From the NCBI GenBank assembly GCA_964016885.1, contig OZ024750.1:5704001-5768000 (forward strand): a DNA stretch of 64,000 bases. Reading direction: 5' to 3'. Below the pieces are notes generated by a model. It was given only the letters and a program-made list of their open reading frames with translations, had not been told where the DNA came from and ran no database searches. Below, in pieces: positions 1 through 13,391 of this stretch. Position numbers and translations under genes: made by a program. This DNA comes from Eledone cirrhosa. Lineage: Eukaryota. Each line of letters starts with the position of its first letter. The first letter of the stretch is position 1.

Positions 1-256
1 ATGATTAAAATATTTCTATGTGAAATGCTAAGAAATAAAAAATTTGCCGGATCAATAAATGAGTTACATTTAAATTGTTTTCAGAATAAATATCATTTGA
101 ATCATTTGCTACAGAAATCATTAGTTTTTAGAATTAATTATGTTCTTAATCTATAAAAATTGGTTTATGATTTATATTATTTATTTTGAAACTCTGTATG
201 AAGATATTGCATCATTGGGTCAAAATGGGTTTGGATTTCTGTGAACGAATGAACAA

Positions 257-433
257 TAATTGTTTCTACTTTTGGTACAAGGTCAGCAATTACCCAGTGC
301 ATTACTGGTGCTTTATTTTATCGGATGAAAGGCAAAGTTAACCTCTGCGGGATTTTTACTTAGCACACAAAGGGCCATAACTCTATGTTGCAAAGCATGG
401 TGTCCGACCCTCTACGGATACTGCCATTCTAGC
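257..433 (-). mobile_element. tRNA-derived SINE family 1, near full length
   Basis: Reverse complement of the family-1 consensus, flanked by 12-bp TSD ACGAATGAACAA (245-256 and 434-445). Confidence 0.9.
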
Positions 434-769
434 ACGAATGAACAAAAATACAATGTAGTTTGTATTGTAAATATTTCTTTTGTAGATTATAAAAGTAATC
501 TCCGTGTTTCGTCTTTTATTTTCATTGAAACTTCTATTGTTATAGCCAGTGTTTATGTCTTTAAATCATAGTTCGGTGATATCCAGCCTCTCCCACGATC
601 CTTTATGTCACTGCTAAGCATGTGATAAATGTACAACTAGTATGACCATGCTGATTCTGAAGATGGAACCGTGAAGGGTTCGAAACACATACGTTTACCA
701 ACGCTACTGTACCAAACTAAGTATAACCTAAGTATAATGGTTTAATAAGGAACAGTCTCATCGTGACAT

Positions 770-990
770 TAACGGGTGAGCATTCTATGGACAAGTGTAC
801 CCTTAACGGAATTTTCGGGGAGATTCAACGTAACACAGTGTGTGACAAGGCCGGCCCTTCGAATTACAAGTACGGGTCATCTGACGGGCTTCCAAACAGT
901 TTCCGTCTACCCAATTTCACTGACATGGTAAATAAAACTTGGCTAAGATGTCACGCAGTGAAATCGATCCCTGGATATAATGATTGAGAG
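770..990 (-). mobile_element. degraded SINE fragments (family 2 tail-like plus family 3)
   Basis: 770-870 resembles 33560-33660. GCTTCCAAACAGTTTCCGTCTACCCAATTTCACT...AAGATGTCACGCAGTG resembles the fragment at 29041-29162. Confidence 0.45.
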
Positions 991-1111
991 GTTAACTACT
1001 GAAGTACTCAGCTATGCTGTGCCCGTCGAGTGTGTAGAACATAAAAACCGATTCTTCTGCATCAGATACAGTATTCCTAGATTTATGATTGAATGGTATA
1101 TATATTTTTTT

Positions 1112-1294
1112 GTCAAATCGGACCGAGGAAACAATGTTTCCGTTGGTCTTTCAAATTTCTAATACTATCTATCGGTCGCAACTCCAGGTAGAAGGATCAA
1201 CGTGAAATAAAGTGTGTTACTCGGGGTCATAAGGCATCGTCCGGTCCAGGAATCGAACTGACAACCTCACGATTGCGAATCCACACGCCTTCAC
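1112..1294 (-). mobile_element. tRNA-derived SINE family 2
   Basis: Reverse strand reads GTGAAGGCGTGTGG...GTTCGATTCCTGGACCGG...ACACTTTATTTCACGTTG, with B box GTTCGATTCC. Homologous to 31973-32174 and 19556-19695. Confidence 0.75.
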
Positions 1295-1336
1295 AAGGCT
1301 ATATATAGCTATCGGTAATTATGTCGAACATATGTA

Positions 1337-1530
1337 AAGGGTGGTGGATTGGCAGTATCGGTAGAGGATCGGACGCCATGCTTTGACGCATAGAGTTACG
1401 GCCCTTGCCATTTTGAGTTCAAATCTCGCCGAGGTTAACTTTGCCTTTCATCCTTACGGGGTCGATAAAATAAAGTACCAGTAATGTACTGGGGTAATTG
1501 CTGGCCTTGTGCCAAAAGTAGAAACAATTA
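1337..1530 (+). mobile_element. tRNA-derived SINE family 1, full length (short form)
   Basis: A-box-like TGGCAGTATCGG, B-box-like GAGTTCAAATC, core GCCTTTCATCCTTACGGGGTCGATAAAATAAAGTACCAG. TSD AATTATGTC(G/A)AACATATGTA at 1317-1336 and 1526-1545. Confidence 0.92.
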
Positions 1531-1691
1531 TGTCAAACATATGTACTTTTCGTTGGCCTCCCAACAACTTTGACCGAAACCACTGCTTGCTTGTTGATCT
1601 ATCTCTTCATCAACTCATCTATCTCCCACTGTATCATATACAAAGAGCGTGAGAGAAGGAAAAAGTGAGCACTCTCATACCCTTATATATT

Positions 1692-1738
<47 letters not shown>

Positions 1739-1739
1739 G

Positions 1740-2190
1740 CTGCCAACTCGTTTTCGAGTACGGCCACTACTTTATATCCATGTAGGGGAACCCCTACTGA
1801 TGCGCTGAACGAGTGTGACTTTTTAGTCCAGCCAGTGACTTGAAAAGTCTGGTACAAACACTACACTTGTGACAATTATTGACACATAGTGCTGGGCCCA
1901 TGGTACCATGTGACGACAAGTGCAGAGAGATCTCCAGATATAAAGCAATGCCTGTGCCGTGAAGCTTTTATAGTGAGCAAAGGCACTGCACAAAGCAAGT
2001 CCCACTCTCTTAACCAAGATGATATTTACCAAAAAGAAGAACAAGTCAACATCATTGGATACCATCAGGGTTGCAGGTGTTATATCAGAGTTTTCCTTCT
2101 CCTAGAATTCTGCCTTGACAAAGGCTAAGGGGTCATCTCTCCCGGTGATTTTGGATGGCCATTGACTCTTAAGAGCTCATTTGCCCTTTG
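1740..2190. mobile_element. possible RTE-type LINE 5'-region relic
   Basis: GC-richer block between microsatellites. AGTTTTCCTTCTCCTAGA...TGCCTTGACAAAGGCTAA recalls RTE-associated UTR motifs (from memory, unverified). Confidence 0.3.
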
Positions 2191-2205
2191 ACAGGTTTTG
2201 TTTTT

Positions 2206-2332
<127 letters not shown>

Positions 2333-3448
2333 CTGTGTTTGTTTGCACTACGGGGGTGTACTAATAAACGACATTTTCGGATAGCAACTAACTAACGAAT
2401 ATTGCATATTTGTTTTGCAGTTTTGTTTCCTTGCCAGCCATAGAAATGTACCGCCTAGCTCCAGTAGAATTCTGGGTTTCGTGTATTTTATGTGTTTATA
2501 CTTTTCTAAGCTGAGGATTGTTTTTGCATCTATTTTTTTTTCATGCATGCCTTGAGAACTGGAGAGAATGCAACGAACAGTGATACTTTTTGTTTATTTT
2601 ATAAACAAATATTTAATATTTTCTCCTGTAGAGTAACTATTCACACGAATGCATCAAACCTAACGTGATACCTATTCCCTTGGGTGACTTCAACATGTGC
2701 TTTTATAATTCCATTCGAACTATATTTATAGATTTCTATCCACGGGACAGGTGGGCCTCTTGTTCGTTAAATACGCAGCATATTGTGAGTCACGCCACGT
2801 TATCTCAACTTCACTAATTGGTGTCTGAGATAAGTGGAATCTCAAGAGTAAACAATGATGGAAATGACGTTTTCGTTTTTACCTAAGATACCAAAACATT
2901 CACAACTACTACAGCTAGTTGAATGACGCTTGGGTCTACTGTTAGTTAACCCTTTAAAACTGTTAAAATAGGTGTAACTGGCCCAAACATTAAAATGTCA
3001 TTTTGCGTTTTACCTTTCAGTAATATCACTGTAGAGTAGTCTTCGGCAATGCGGTAAGTTTGAAATAATATTCCTATTATTTAGTCATACTTAAACACTT
3101 AACTCTTACAGTAAAAAGGTTCAATATATATATATATATTAAAATAACAGATTAAAGTTTAAGCAAAGAATCGCTGCTTTCACCCTTAACGGGATCTTCT
3201 GAAACTAACAAAGTCAATCTGTGAACGCAGAAGTAAATATTTCAAAAACCGTTGCAACCAGAGGAAGACAGGAAGACGATACTTTGGTTCGTGGAAGCGT
3301 TCCCTGGCAAAGAACGTATCGAGCCCTCTTTGGATTTTAGTCTTCAAATTTATTATTATTACTATATATATATATATGTGTCATTAATACCTCACCTAAT
3401 AACTCTTTCATTCCTAAGAGAAACAGATAGATAGATAGATAGAGAGAA

Positions 3449-3523
<75 letters not shown>

Positions 3524-4239
3524 GTGAGTGTCTGTGTGTGTGTGTGTGTGTATCATAGTATATTATCATACGATTAAAAAAAAACCATATAATAATACAA
3601 ATGAGTCTATTATTTATTGTACGGTGTTCAGTTCCTCGTACCAGAATGGAATTATCGAGAAAATATCGTTGTAGTTTATCATTCTTTAAGATTTATAGAA
3701 CTGAGCGGAATCTGTTAATATATTAAAAATAGAGTGATGGAGAATAAAACGAAAATATACCGAGTGAGATGAATCAGATGGGTTCCATTTGTGAACGTCC
3801 TTTTTGTCTAGAGCAGGGAAGCTTGCATATTTTATTCATCTGCTAGTCTATTTGAGCGCATTCCTCATCGAAGTTCAGCGTTCTTAGTTTATCCATAGCT
3901 AAGCTTTACTTCGCTATAGTTATTTATAGGTAAAGCGGACTGAGTTATTGAGAGATAGATTACTTTGAATGGAACACAACGAATTTCTATTAAAGAACAG
4001 GTAGGCCAGGACTCACTCGTCTTGACTATTTGCAAATCTGTTTGAAATTGATTGTACATTGTATATTGTAAATTATCCTAGTTGAATGTACATTCTATAG
4101 AGTTGGCTATAGAATTTAGAAATATATAGAAGAGATAATGGAATTGGATACAAATCGTAAATTATCTAGATCTGGCTACAAAATAATTTCTGACATTGCT
4201 ACAAGACAACAAATAGGTGAATCGACTCTTCCTAAATTA

Positions 4240-4369
4240 TTGGCACCGTTTTTATTGAGTGGTATGGATGAAAAGCAAAGTCGACACCGACGGAAATTTT
4301 AACTTGGGACGTAAAGACACGAAAGACGACATTGTTTTGTCGGCGTTCTACAGAGTCTTCCATCCATCT
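4240..4369 (-). mobile_element. old diverged SINE family 1-related copy
   Basis: GGATGAAAAGCAAAGTCGACACCGACGGAAATTTTAACT matches the reverse of the core plus B box, with many substitutions. Confidence 0.6.
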
Positions 4370-5009
4370 AACAACAACAACAACAACAGCAACAACAACA
4401 ACAATATATCTGGTTATATAATGGAGTGAGACGACATATAGATTTGATTTTAGGACGTAGTAGTTTGAGAACAGAATACAACATATTGAACAGTCTTAGA
4501 ATTTAGTTATAGAATATAAATTGTATAGATTTGGCAATGGGAATTTTGTTATAGGCTGTAAATTACATGAAACTAAATACTAATATATAATTTCCTGAAT
4601 AGAAGGAATATGGTAAGATCACCATTTACATTATTATTTACGCTGCTGCCTCACCGAAAATTGGATCTTTAGGTTCGCGTTTTAACATATTTCTGAAAAT
4701 AACTCAAGTTAAATCTCTTACAGGCTTTAGATTGTATAGAGTATGTTTAATGAACGAATAAGGATAATTATTAGGATGTATATAGAACCAATTACAAAGT
4801 AAATCTCTTTTATTGCGAGATTTTGAATAGCTGAGTTGCGAGATTTTGAACAGCTTGAGAGAAAAACAAAACAAAATTTGCTTTAAATATTATTAGCAAA
4901 ATTGGTTCTAACATCATTAGTTTATTGATCAATTCTGTGAGTACAGTACACAGATGAAACCACAGAGTAACAAGACTAATTACTTAGCCATAATAAAAAA
5001 TAATATATA

Positions 5010-5103
5010 CAGGGTGTCCCCCAAAAATGTATACACACTTCAATAGCATTCTAATAAATATTGCCTGTACAGGTAATGAAGTATGTATGGATTTTTTTGG
5101 ACA

Positions 5104-5106
<3 letters not shown>
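5010..5106. mobile_element. Tc1/mariner-type MITE
   Basis: TA|CAGGGTGTCC...AAAAATGTATACACACTTCA and TGAAGTATGTATGGATTTTTTTGGACACTG|TA form imperfect TIRs with TA flanks. Confidence 0.7.
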
Positions 5107-5155
<49 letters not shown>

Positions 5156-5157
<2 letters not shown>

Positions 5158-5325
5158 CGAAGGAGGTGTGGTAAGGAACCAGATGGACCATAACGCACCA
5201 GAGTACTCAATACTTGGGTAGTAGAGTGGGTAATAGGAAAATGTTTGACCCCGACGGCAGAGCTCAAGCCGTTTCGACGGCTATTTCGAACCGGCTTGAG
5301 CTCTGCCGTCGAGGTAAAACATTTT

Positions 5326-5328
<3 letters not shown>
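5156..5328 (-). mobile_element. TA-flanked foldback element, family A
   Basis: Flanked by (TA)n on both sides. Inverted repeat at 5233-5330. Homologous to copies at 5419, 23440, 25474 and 38995. Confidence 0.85.
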
Positions 5329-5407
<79 letters not shown>

Positions 5408-5418
5408 TACACATATAT

Positions 5419-5594
5419 AACAAAGAAAGTGTGGTAAGAAACCAGGTAGACCATAACGCACCAGAGTACTCGATACTTAGGGCAGTAGACCCCGACGGCT
5501 GAGCTCCGGCCGTATCGACAGCTAGATCCGAACAGTTCGGATCTAGCTGTCGAAACAGCCGGAGCTCAGCCGTCGGGGTCTTGACTATTTTCCT
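5419..5594 (-). mobile_element. TA-flanked foldback element, family A
   Basis: Same end sequence (GTGGTAAGAAACCAGGTAGACCATAACGCACCAGAGTACTC) and inverted repeat at 5487-5581. Confidence 0.85.
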
Positions 5595-5601
5595 ATATAT
5601 A

Positions 5602-5787
5602 TAATTGTTTCTACTTTAGGCACAAGGCCACCAATTATCCAGTGCATTACTGGTACTTTATTTTATCGACCCCGTAAGGATGAAAGGCAAAGTCAACCTC
5701 GGCGGGATTTGAACTCAGATCGTAAAGGGACGTAACTATGCTGGAAAGCATGGCGTCCGACCCTCTACCGATACTGCCAATCCACCG
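5602..5787 (-). mobile_element. SINE family 1, full length
   Basis: Reverse complement of the consensus from TAATTGTTTCTAC to GCCAATCCACCG. Confidence 0.92.
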
Positions 5788-5810
5788 AATGATCGTCGAT
5801 TGACAAGATC

Positions 5811-5858
<48 letters not shown>

Positions 5859-6944
5859 ATATATATATATATATATAGTAAATTTTACAGTCTTATTTGA
5901 CATAAAAAATCATGGAAGAGAGACGAATACGTGCTAATTAATTTTATTGATGTGGGATTAGTCATCGTGTAAAGAACTAATTTCGAAATCCGTCTCTGTA
6001 GAATTTCCTGGCTTAATAATTTGAGGATGTCGAGTTTGATCTAATAAATGAATAGCAAATATTGAATGACTTCAGTCGTCGAAAATGACACGATTATTGA
6101 CTAAAGTGTTTATTACTAACACTTGTAACTATAATCTACTTAATGGACATCACTTAATCTATTTCATTTTCATCTATGTCTCTCATATTCTCTTACATAG
6201 ACCTTGATGGATTATATACTCTTTCATTTCAAACATCGTCTTTTATTTTATTTAATTTTATTATATTTTATTTTATTTTATTTTACATTATTGTATTTTA
6301 TTTCTTTCTTTCTTTCGTGTAGCTCAATCCATTCGATATTTCGTACATGTTTACAGAAGAGACGTTTTCGAATGGATCTAAGGTTTAATGTTAAGTTAAG
6401 GTGAAGGTCATTTTGAGATAACCGGAGAAGTAATGTCGAGGCGTTGTAAAATAAAGACTTCCTATTTCCGTACATAGTATGACAGGCAGAGATATAACTT
6501 TACACACGCACAAACATGCAACAGTTGCTACGAAGTGAATATTTTTTTCCCCACAATTTTCATTACTCACATTCGTAGTCACGTTCGAAAAATATGATGA
6601 ATGATAGTTTTTATTCAAATAGCAGCAAAATAACGCAAAACAATCGAAAAAAAAATTTGGTAATGTTACCATTTCTATACAATGCCAGTACTAGATGGTC
6701 GATGTTAACTCTTTCAAAATAAAAATATTTTTAAAAAAAATCACTTTACATAGAAATATAAAATGCTATCAGGAAAAAATGCTATCAGTTACTGTTTTCA
6801 GTTTTCAGATTTAAACTAATTAATAAGACAGTTACATCTAAGACATTACACCACCACCATCACCACCACCACCAATACCACCACCACCACCACCACCGCC
6901 ACGACCACCTCCACCGCCACTACCACCTCCACCACCACTACAGA

Positions 6945-7102
6945 TCAAATATCCTTCATATCATACATTGTCATAAAAAAATTATCGAAATAACACATTG
7001 AATAATAAATACTACACTGAGAAGATGATTGTGATGATCAAGGTTGGAAACCATTTTATCATAAGACTACTCCTTCATGGCTGACATGGGGCTAAACAAC
7101 AA
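6945..7102 (+). mobile_element. interspersed repeat family 4 (SINE-like or LINE-tail-like)
   Basis: Ends GGCTGACATGGGGCTAAACAAC. Similar to 30690-30872 and to fragments at 32300-32440 (-) and 35985-36050. Confidence 0.5.
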
Positions 7103-7176
7103 AGATATCGATTATGATGAATACAACTACAACATTATATTGATTTTAATTTAGGTACAGGGAAGAGGAACACACT

Positions 7177-7323
7177 GGCAGAGGATGACCAAGGTTAACA
7201 TATGTTGATGCCCTAAGGACAGACACTGGTCTGTTGGAGACGCAGGACATGGCAGCGATAATGAGGGACAGAGACTGCTGGAGAGACATCGTCCATGGAA
7301 CTCGGGAATTTTACCCGCCCTAG
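7177..7323 (+). pseudogene. RTE-clade LINE ORF C-terminal relic
   Basis: Translates GRG*PRLTYVDALRTDTGLLETQDMAAIMRDRDCWRDIVHGTREFYPP*. RGRP..Y.D.L and M.DR..WR..V are typical of RTE C-termini. The internal TGA is consistent with CGA decay. Confidence 0.75.
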
Positions 7324-7735
7324 AGACAACCTACTCGAGTGGGACCGAACTGAGAACGATGTGATTGCGATGCGAACTTCACCTCCACCGGGAGGGAAGA
7401 AGGAGCCTCTCAACGATACCACAAGGTTTCTCTCTTTCAAAAGTTAAAAAAGGGCGAATAGCTCCCCACTTCCACAAAAAAACCCATACAATAACAACAA
7501 ATATAATACAAAGCAAACATGACAGAAGTAACAACAATGCTAAAACAACCGCGTCTTTCTTTACAGACATACAGACAACATATTTGTAAATGTTCATAAA
7601 AACATGAACGTGTTTTTGTTGCGTCTGCTTTCACATATATATGTATATATTATATATTACATATATATTATATATAGCCATTCATTTTTTGTTATATATA
7701 TATATGTATGTATGTATACACATACACACACACAT

Positions 7736-7780
<45 letters not shown>

Positions 7781-7815
7781 CATTCATTTTTTGTTATACA
7801 CACACATATACATAC

Positions 7816-7869
<54 letters not shown>

Positions 7870-7965
7870 ATGTATATATATATATGTGTGTGTATGTTTG
7901 TATGTATATATATATATTTTATACATATATATTTGTATATATATATATATATACATACATATATT

Positions 7966-8021
<56 letters not shown>

Positions 8022-8270
8022 CATATATATACTTGAACCATCAACAGTTCTAGTCACTGAAATACACTCATACAACAAACACATATATATATATACATAT
8101 ATATATATACATATATATACATATATATATATATATACATGATGGATGTTCTACTAAAGTTTGAAAATGTTATTAATTTCGCTAACGATAACACTACTGA
8201 CATGTGTCAAAATCTATAGAAATTTCTCTATATATCTATCTATATATCTATGTAAAATATAAATAAATAG

Positions 8271-8306
<36 letters not shown>

Positions 8307-8476
8307 ACACACACATATATATATATATATATTGCACCCTCCGCTCCTCAATCTCTTTGGCTCTATCTGACACTCCAACACTCCACTCCACCTTCTTTTC
8401 AGTCTTTCTACTTTATTTTTTCTATATTACATTATATATCTATATATCTATATATATTACATTATATATCTATATA

Positions 8477-8935
8477 TCTGAGTTCAAATCCCGCCGAGGT
8501 TAACTTTGCCTTTCATCCTTACGGGGTCGATAAAATAAAGTACCAGTAATGCACTGGGTAATTGCTGGCCTTGTGCCTAAAGTAGAAACAATTATATATC
8601 TATATATCTATATATATCTATATTACATTATATTGGCAGTATCGGTAGAGAGTCGGACGCCATGCTTTAACGCAGAGAGTTATGGCCCTTTCCATTCTGA
8701 GTTCAAATCCCGCCAAGGTTAACTTTGCCTTTCATCCTTATAAGGTCGATAAAATAAAGTACCAGTAATGTACTGAGTAATTGCTGGCCTTGTGCCAAAA
8801 GTAGAAACAATTATTATTCTGAGTTCAAATCCCGCCGAGGTTAACTTTGCCTTTCATCCTTATAAGGTCGATAAAATAAAGTACCAGGTAATGTACTGGG
8901 TAATTGCTGGCCTTGTGCCAAAAGTAGAAACAATT
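8477..8935 (+). mobile_element. three head-to-tail SINE family 1 copies (8477-8594, 8632-8813, 8817-8935)
   Basis: Three successive core plus tail units ending GTAGAAACAATT. The first and third start at TCTGAGTTCAAATC. Confidence 0.9.
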
Positions 8936-9287
8936 TATATATCTATATATCTATATATTTATGTATATTACATTATATATCTATATATCTATACATACCT
9001 ATATTATATATCTATATATCTATATATTTCTCTATTTATTTGTTGGCCTTTGTTTTCTTCATCGCTTCTTGTTCTTGCTAAGTAACATTTGTTTTTCAAT
9101 AACTCAAAATTTCTCCCGGAAAACGACTTGAGTGAAATATGAATTTATTGTCTTTATATTTTGTTTTCCTATTTTTCTTCTTAATCTAGTTTTACTTTAA
9201 CGTTTACTTCAAATTTTATTTTCATTTTATTCTCTTGCAATAGTCTTTGGCATATATAATTAATTTATATGATGTATGTATGCATGG

Positions 9288-9420
<133 letters not shown>

Positions 9421-9492
9421 CTGTGTGTATGTATGTATCTATGAATGTATGCATGTACGTACGTATGTGTGTACTTATTCTTCCTCTATCTA

Positions 9493-9534
<42 letters not shown>

Positions 9535-9536
9535 AT

Positions 9537-9763
9537 CCAGGGTTCAATCGGGAGTAACCACAGTAAGTAAGGTACTCAATACATAGCAGAGTATAAATAT
9601 TTAATATAGAAATGGCTTCTACAGGACTGGAACTGTTTCATTCGAGAGAAATCCTGATGATTTCTTTCGAATGAAACATTTCTATATCTATAACTTTGGT
9701 GTTTACACTCTACTAATGTATTGAGTACATAACTTACTGTGGTTACCCCAGTTGAATCCAGGG
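9537..9763. mobile_element. foldback element, family B
   Basis: Imperfect terminal inverted repeats (GGTTCAATCGGGAGTAACCACAGTAAGTAAGGTACTCAATAC) and central palindrome GTTTCATTCGAGAGAAATC-CTGAT-GATTTCTTTCGAATGAAAC. Homologous to 20156 and 61125. Confidence 0.8.
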
Positions 9764-9848
9764 CTCTCTATCTATCTATCTCTCTCTCTATATATATATG
9801 TATATTTGTGTGTGTGTTTAAAGAAAAGTATACACTCACACCCTCTCA

Positions 9849-10250
<402 letters not shown>

Positions 10251-10942
10251 TATTTATGATGCACATATATATATATATATATATATATATGTGCATCATA
10301 AATAAATGAATATATGAATATACATAAATATAAATGTGTGTGAGAGTGTGTGTATGTGTGCGTGTGCGTGTATATGAGTGTGTATATGCATGCGTATGTA
10401 TATGTGTATGCGTATGTTTGTATGTGTGTGGTTGCACACACAGATTATTTCAATAATAAATACACCAATAATCTTCACATTTATAAACTTAGCATGTTGG
10501 AAGTCTTATTACGTTTGTTGTCACTGCTAACACTTTTTTTTTGTCACATAGTGTACTTGTTGATGTTGTTGTTGTTATTATTATTGTTGCTGTTGTTGTT
10601 GTTGTTGTCGTTATTAATATTGATGTTATTGTCACTGCTAACGTTTTTTCTTTTGGTCACATACTGTACTTTTTATTGTTATTATTGTTCTTGTTGCTGT
10701 TGATGTTGTTATTATTAGTGTTGATGTATTTGTTGTTGCTATTATTACTATTATTATTATTGTTGTTGTTGTTGTTGTTGTTTCAGTTTTGATTTGCCTG
10801 CTCGAAGTCAATATGACTATATTGCTGTTGACAATATATTTTATGATCATCTAATGAAGTTGCTACTGGCAACCATTGGCTAACAACTACAAGCTATAAA
10901 TCACTACTACCTGCCATTAATTACTATAATCACCATTAATGT

Positions 10943-10994
<52 letters not shown>

Positions 10995-11354
10995 GCTGCT
11001 GCTGCTACTACTTATACGGATATTACGGAACGAAACCTGCCGATGACAGAGTTTCCCATTCCAAGACAAAAATGCAATTATGGCTTGTATATCTATTATG
11101 CAACTTGTGGTACAGCTTTCTGGAGTCCCAGAAACCTATCGAAGATTGTTATCGATTTCTATCGATTCCTATCTACTCGAGACGGTCCAGGTCAGCATTC
11201 GACCTATTTGTATATGGTCATATGCCTTTAGTCGCTTTTCTTGGTGTCACACTCTCTTCACTTTGTGTTCACAGTGGAAGAAAATGAATTCAATTTTTGT
11301 GTCACCGACATCTTTGTGACTACCTCAAACAATTCAATTAGTATCTTCTGCTAC

Positions 11355-11619
11355 ATTGCGGTTACAACTTCGATTTATACATCTTATATATATATATATA
11401 CTTCAGTAATTACGAATATTCCAAAGCTTGTTATATATATATATATATAAAATGTATAAATCGAAGTTGTAACCGCAATATTGATTCGTGCTGGTCATTG
11501 AAAATACGCACATAAACATGAATGGACCTGTTATTTTTATCTAAAGACATTTTTTCCAATTCCATATATATAAATATATTGTAATATGTGCGTATTTTCA
11601 GTGACCAGCACGAATCAAT
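11355..11619. repeat. two abutting long inverted repeats
   Basis: IR1 has arms from 11355 and to 11479. IR2 has 35-bp arms at 11480-11514 and 11585-11619 (one mismatch). Confidence 0.85.
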
Positions 11620-11902
11620 CGCAATGATATCTTCCTTAACTTTATTAAAACCTACAATGTTACAACGAAGCATATTCAACCAGTCAGCCAACCCCATGTC
11701 ACCAACCCCCATGTCACCAACACTGCCACTGCCACCAACACTGCCACCACCACCACTGATAACAGTCACAACAACAACAATAAAAACCAGTACCAACAAG
11801 GATCACAACGCCGTTGATGACGAACCCGTCAACGGCGACGACTGCTGAAACAGATAATGATAGATGTGGGTGGTGTGGGACAGTACGAGGACAGTAGAGG
11901 GC

Positions 11903-12533
11903 AATGATGGTGATGATGATGATCATGATGATGGTGAAGATGGTGATGGTGATAATGGTGATGATGATGATGATGATGGTGGTGATGATGGTGGTGATGG
12001 TGATAATGGTGATGATGATGATGATGGTGGTGATGGTGATAATGGTGATGATGATGATGGTGGTGATGGTGATGATGGTGATGTTGATGATGGTGATGAT
12101 GGTGATGTTCATGATGATGATGATGATGATGATGGTAATGATGATGATGATGATGATAATGATAATGATAATGATGATGATGACGGTGACGGTGATGATT
12201 ATGATGATGGCGATGATGATGATGGTGGCGATGATGGTAATGATAATAATGACCACGATGACGAATAATGAAAAATATGATGACGCCGCCGATAATAAAC
12301 AATGATAAACCTGATGATAAGAATGATGAGGACGATGGTGATGTTGGTGACGATGACTATGATGATGGTGTTGATTATGGTGATAAGAATGGTGATGATG
12401 ATGTTGGTGACGATGACTATGACGATGGTGTTGATTATGGTGATAAGAATGGTGATGATGATGTTGGTGACGATGACTATGACGATGGTGTTGATTATGG
12501 TGATAAGAATGGTGATGATGAAGTTGGTGACGA
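11903..12533. repeat. (GAT/GGT)n repeat with a 60-bp higher-order unit at about 12340-12533
   Basis: Lines starting 12361, 12421 and 12481 are near-identical. Confidence 0.92.
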
Positions 12534-12676
12534 TGGAGATAAAGATAGTAAATAAACAAGGAGGAGCAATGGCGAGGAGATGTAATACTTCGTAACTTTT
12601 AGTTCCTTTTAGACGACTAACGTTTTAAAATGAGTTGTTTTCCTAACGTGACGATTTATTCATAAAAAAGAGTGTG

Positions 12677-12974
12677 TAGTTAGTGTACTGTATATATATA
12701 TATATACTATAGTTAGTGTACTGTATATATATATATATACTATAGTTAGTGTACTGTATATATATACTATAGTTAGTGTACTGTATATATATATATATAT
12801 ATATACTATAGTTAGTGTACTGTATATATATACACTATAGTTAGTGTACTGTATATATATATATATATACTATAGTTAGTGTACTGTATATATATATATA
12901 TAGTATAGTTAGTGTAAGATATATATATATAGTATAGTTAGTGTAAGATATATATATATAGTATAGTTAGTGTA

Positions 12975-13014
<40 letters not shown>

Positions 13015-13136
13015 TAGTTAGTGTACGATATATATATATACATATAGTATAGTTAGTGTACGATATATATATACATATATATATATATAGTATAGTTAGT
13101 GTACGATATATATACATATATAGTATAGTTAGTGTA

Positions 13137-13189
<53 letters not shown>

Positions 13190-13205
13190 TAGTATAGTTA
13201 GTGTA

Positions 13206-13253
<48 letters not shown>

Positions 13254-13264
13254 TAGTTAGTGTA

Positions 13265-13316
<52 letters not shown>
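12677..13316. repeat. minisatellite TATAGTTAGTGTAC(TG/GA)+(TA)n
   Basis: Fixed core repeated with variable TA spacers. Confidence 0.92.
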
Positions 13317-13319
<3 letters not shown>

Positions 13320-13391
13320 ACAATACAACAAAAAAAAAATAAGAGAAAAATACGAACATTAAAAATTATAAATATATAACAATGAAGTAGA

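Noticed and set aside
655-700. CTGAAGA tg GAACC/GGTTC GAAAC hammerhead-like motif
   Set aside because: Helix II is offset and there is no convincing helix I or III; at most a decayed remnant.
1340-1430. tRNA gene calls at SINE heads
   Set aside because: A and B boxes are present, but there is no complete cloverleaf and each head continues into the SINE body.
2947-3123. piggyBac-like MITE (TTAACCCTTT...)
   Set aside because: The right end matches too poorly to support TIRs.
11714-12595. His-, Asp- and Met-rich ORFs (also at 18.0, 22.3, 47.8, 57.8 and 58.9 kb)
   Set aside because: Trinucleotide microsatellites open in several frames on both strands, with no unique coding context.
12677-13316. 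CRISPR-like repeat-spacer appearance
   Set aside because: The spacers are only (TA)n, there are no cas genes, and the context is eukaryotic.
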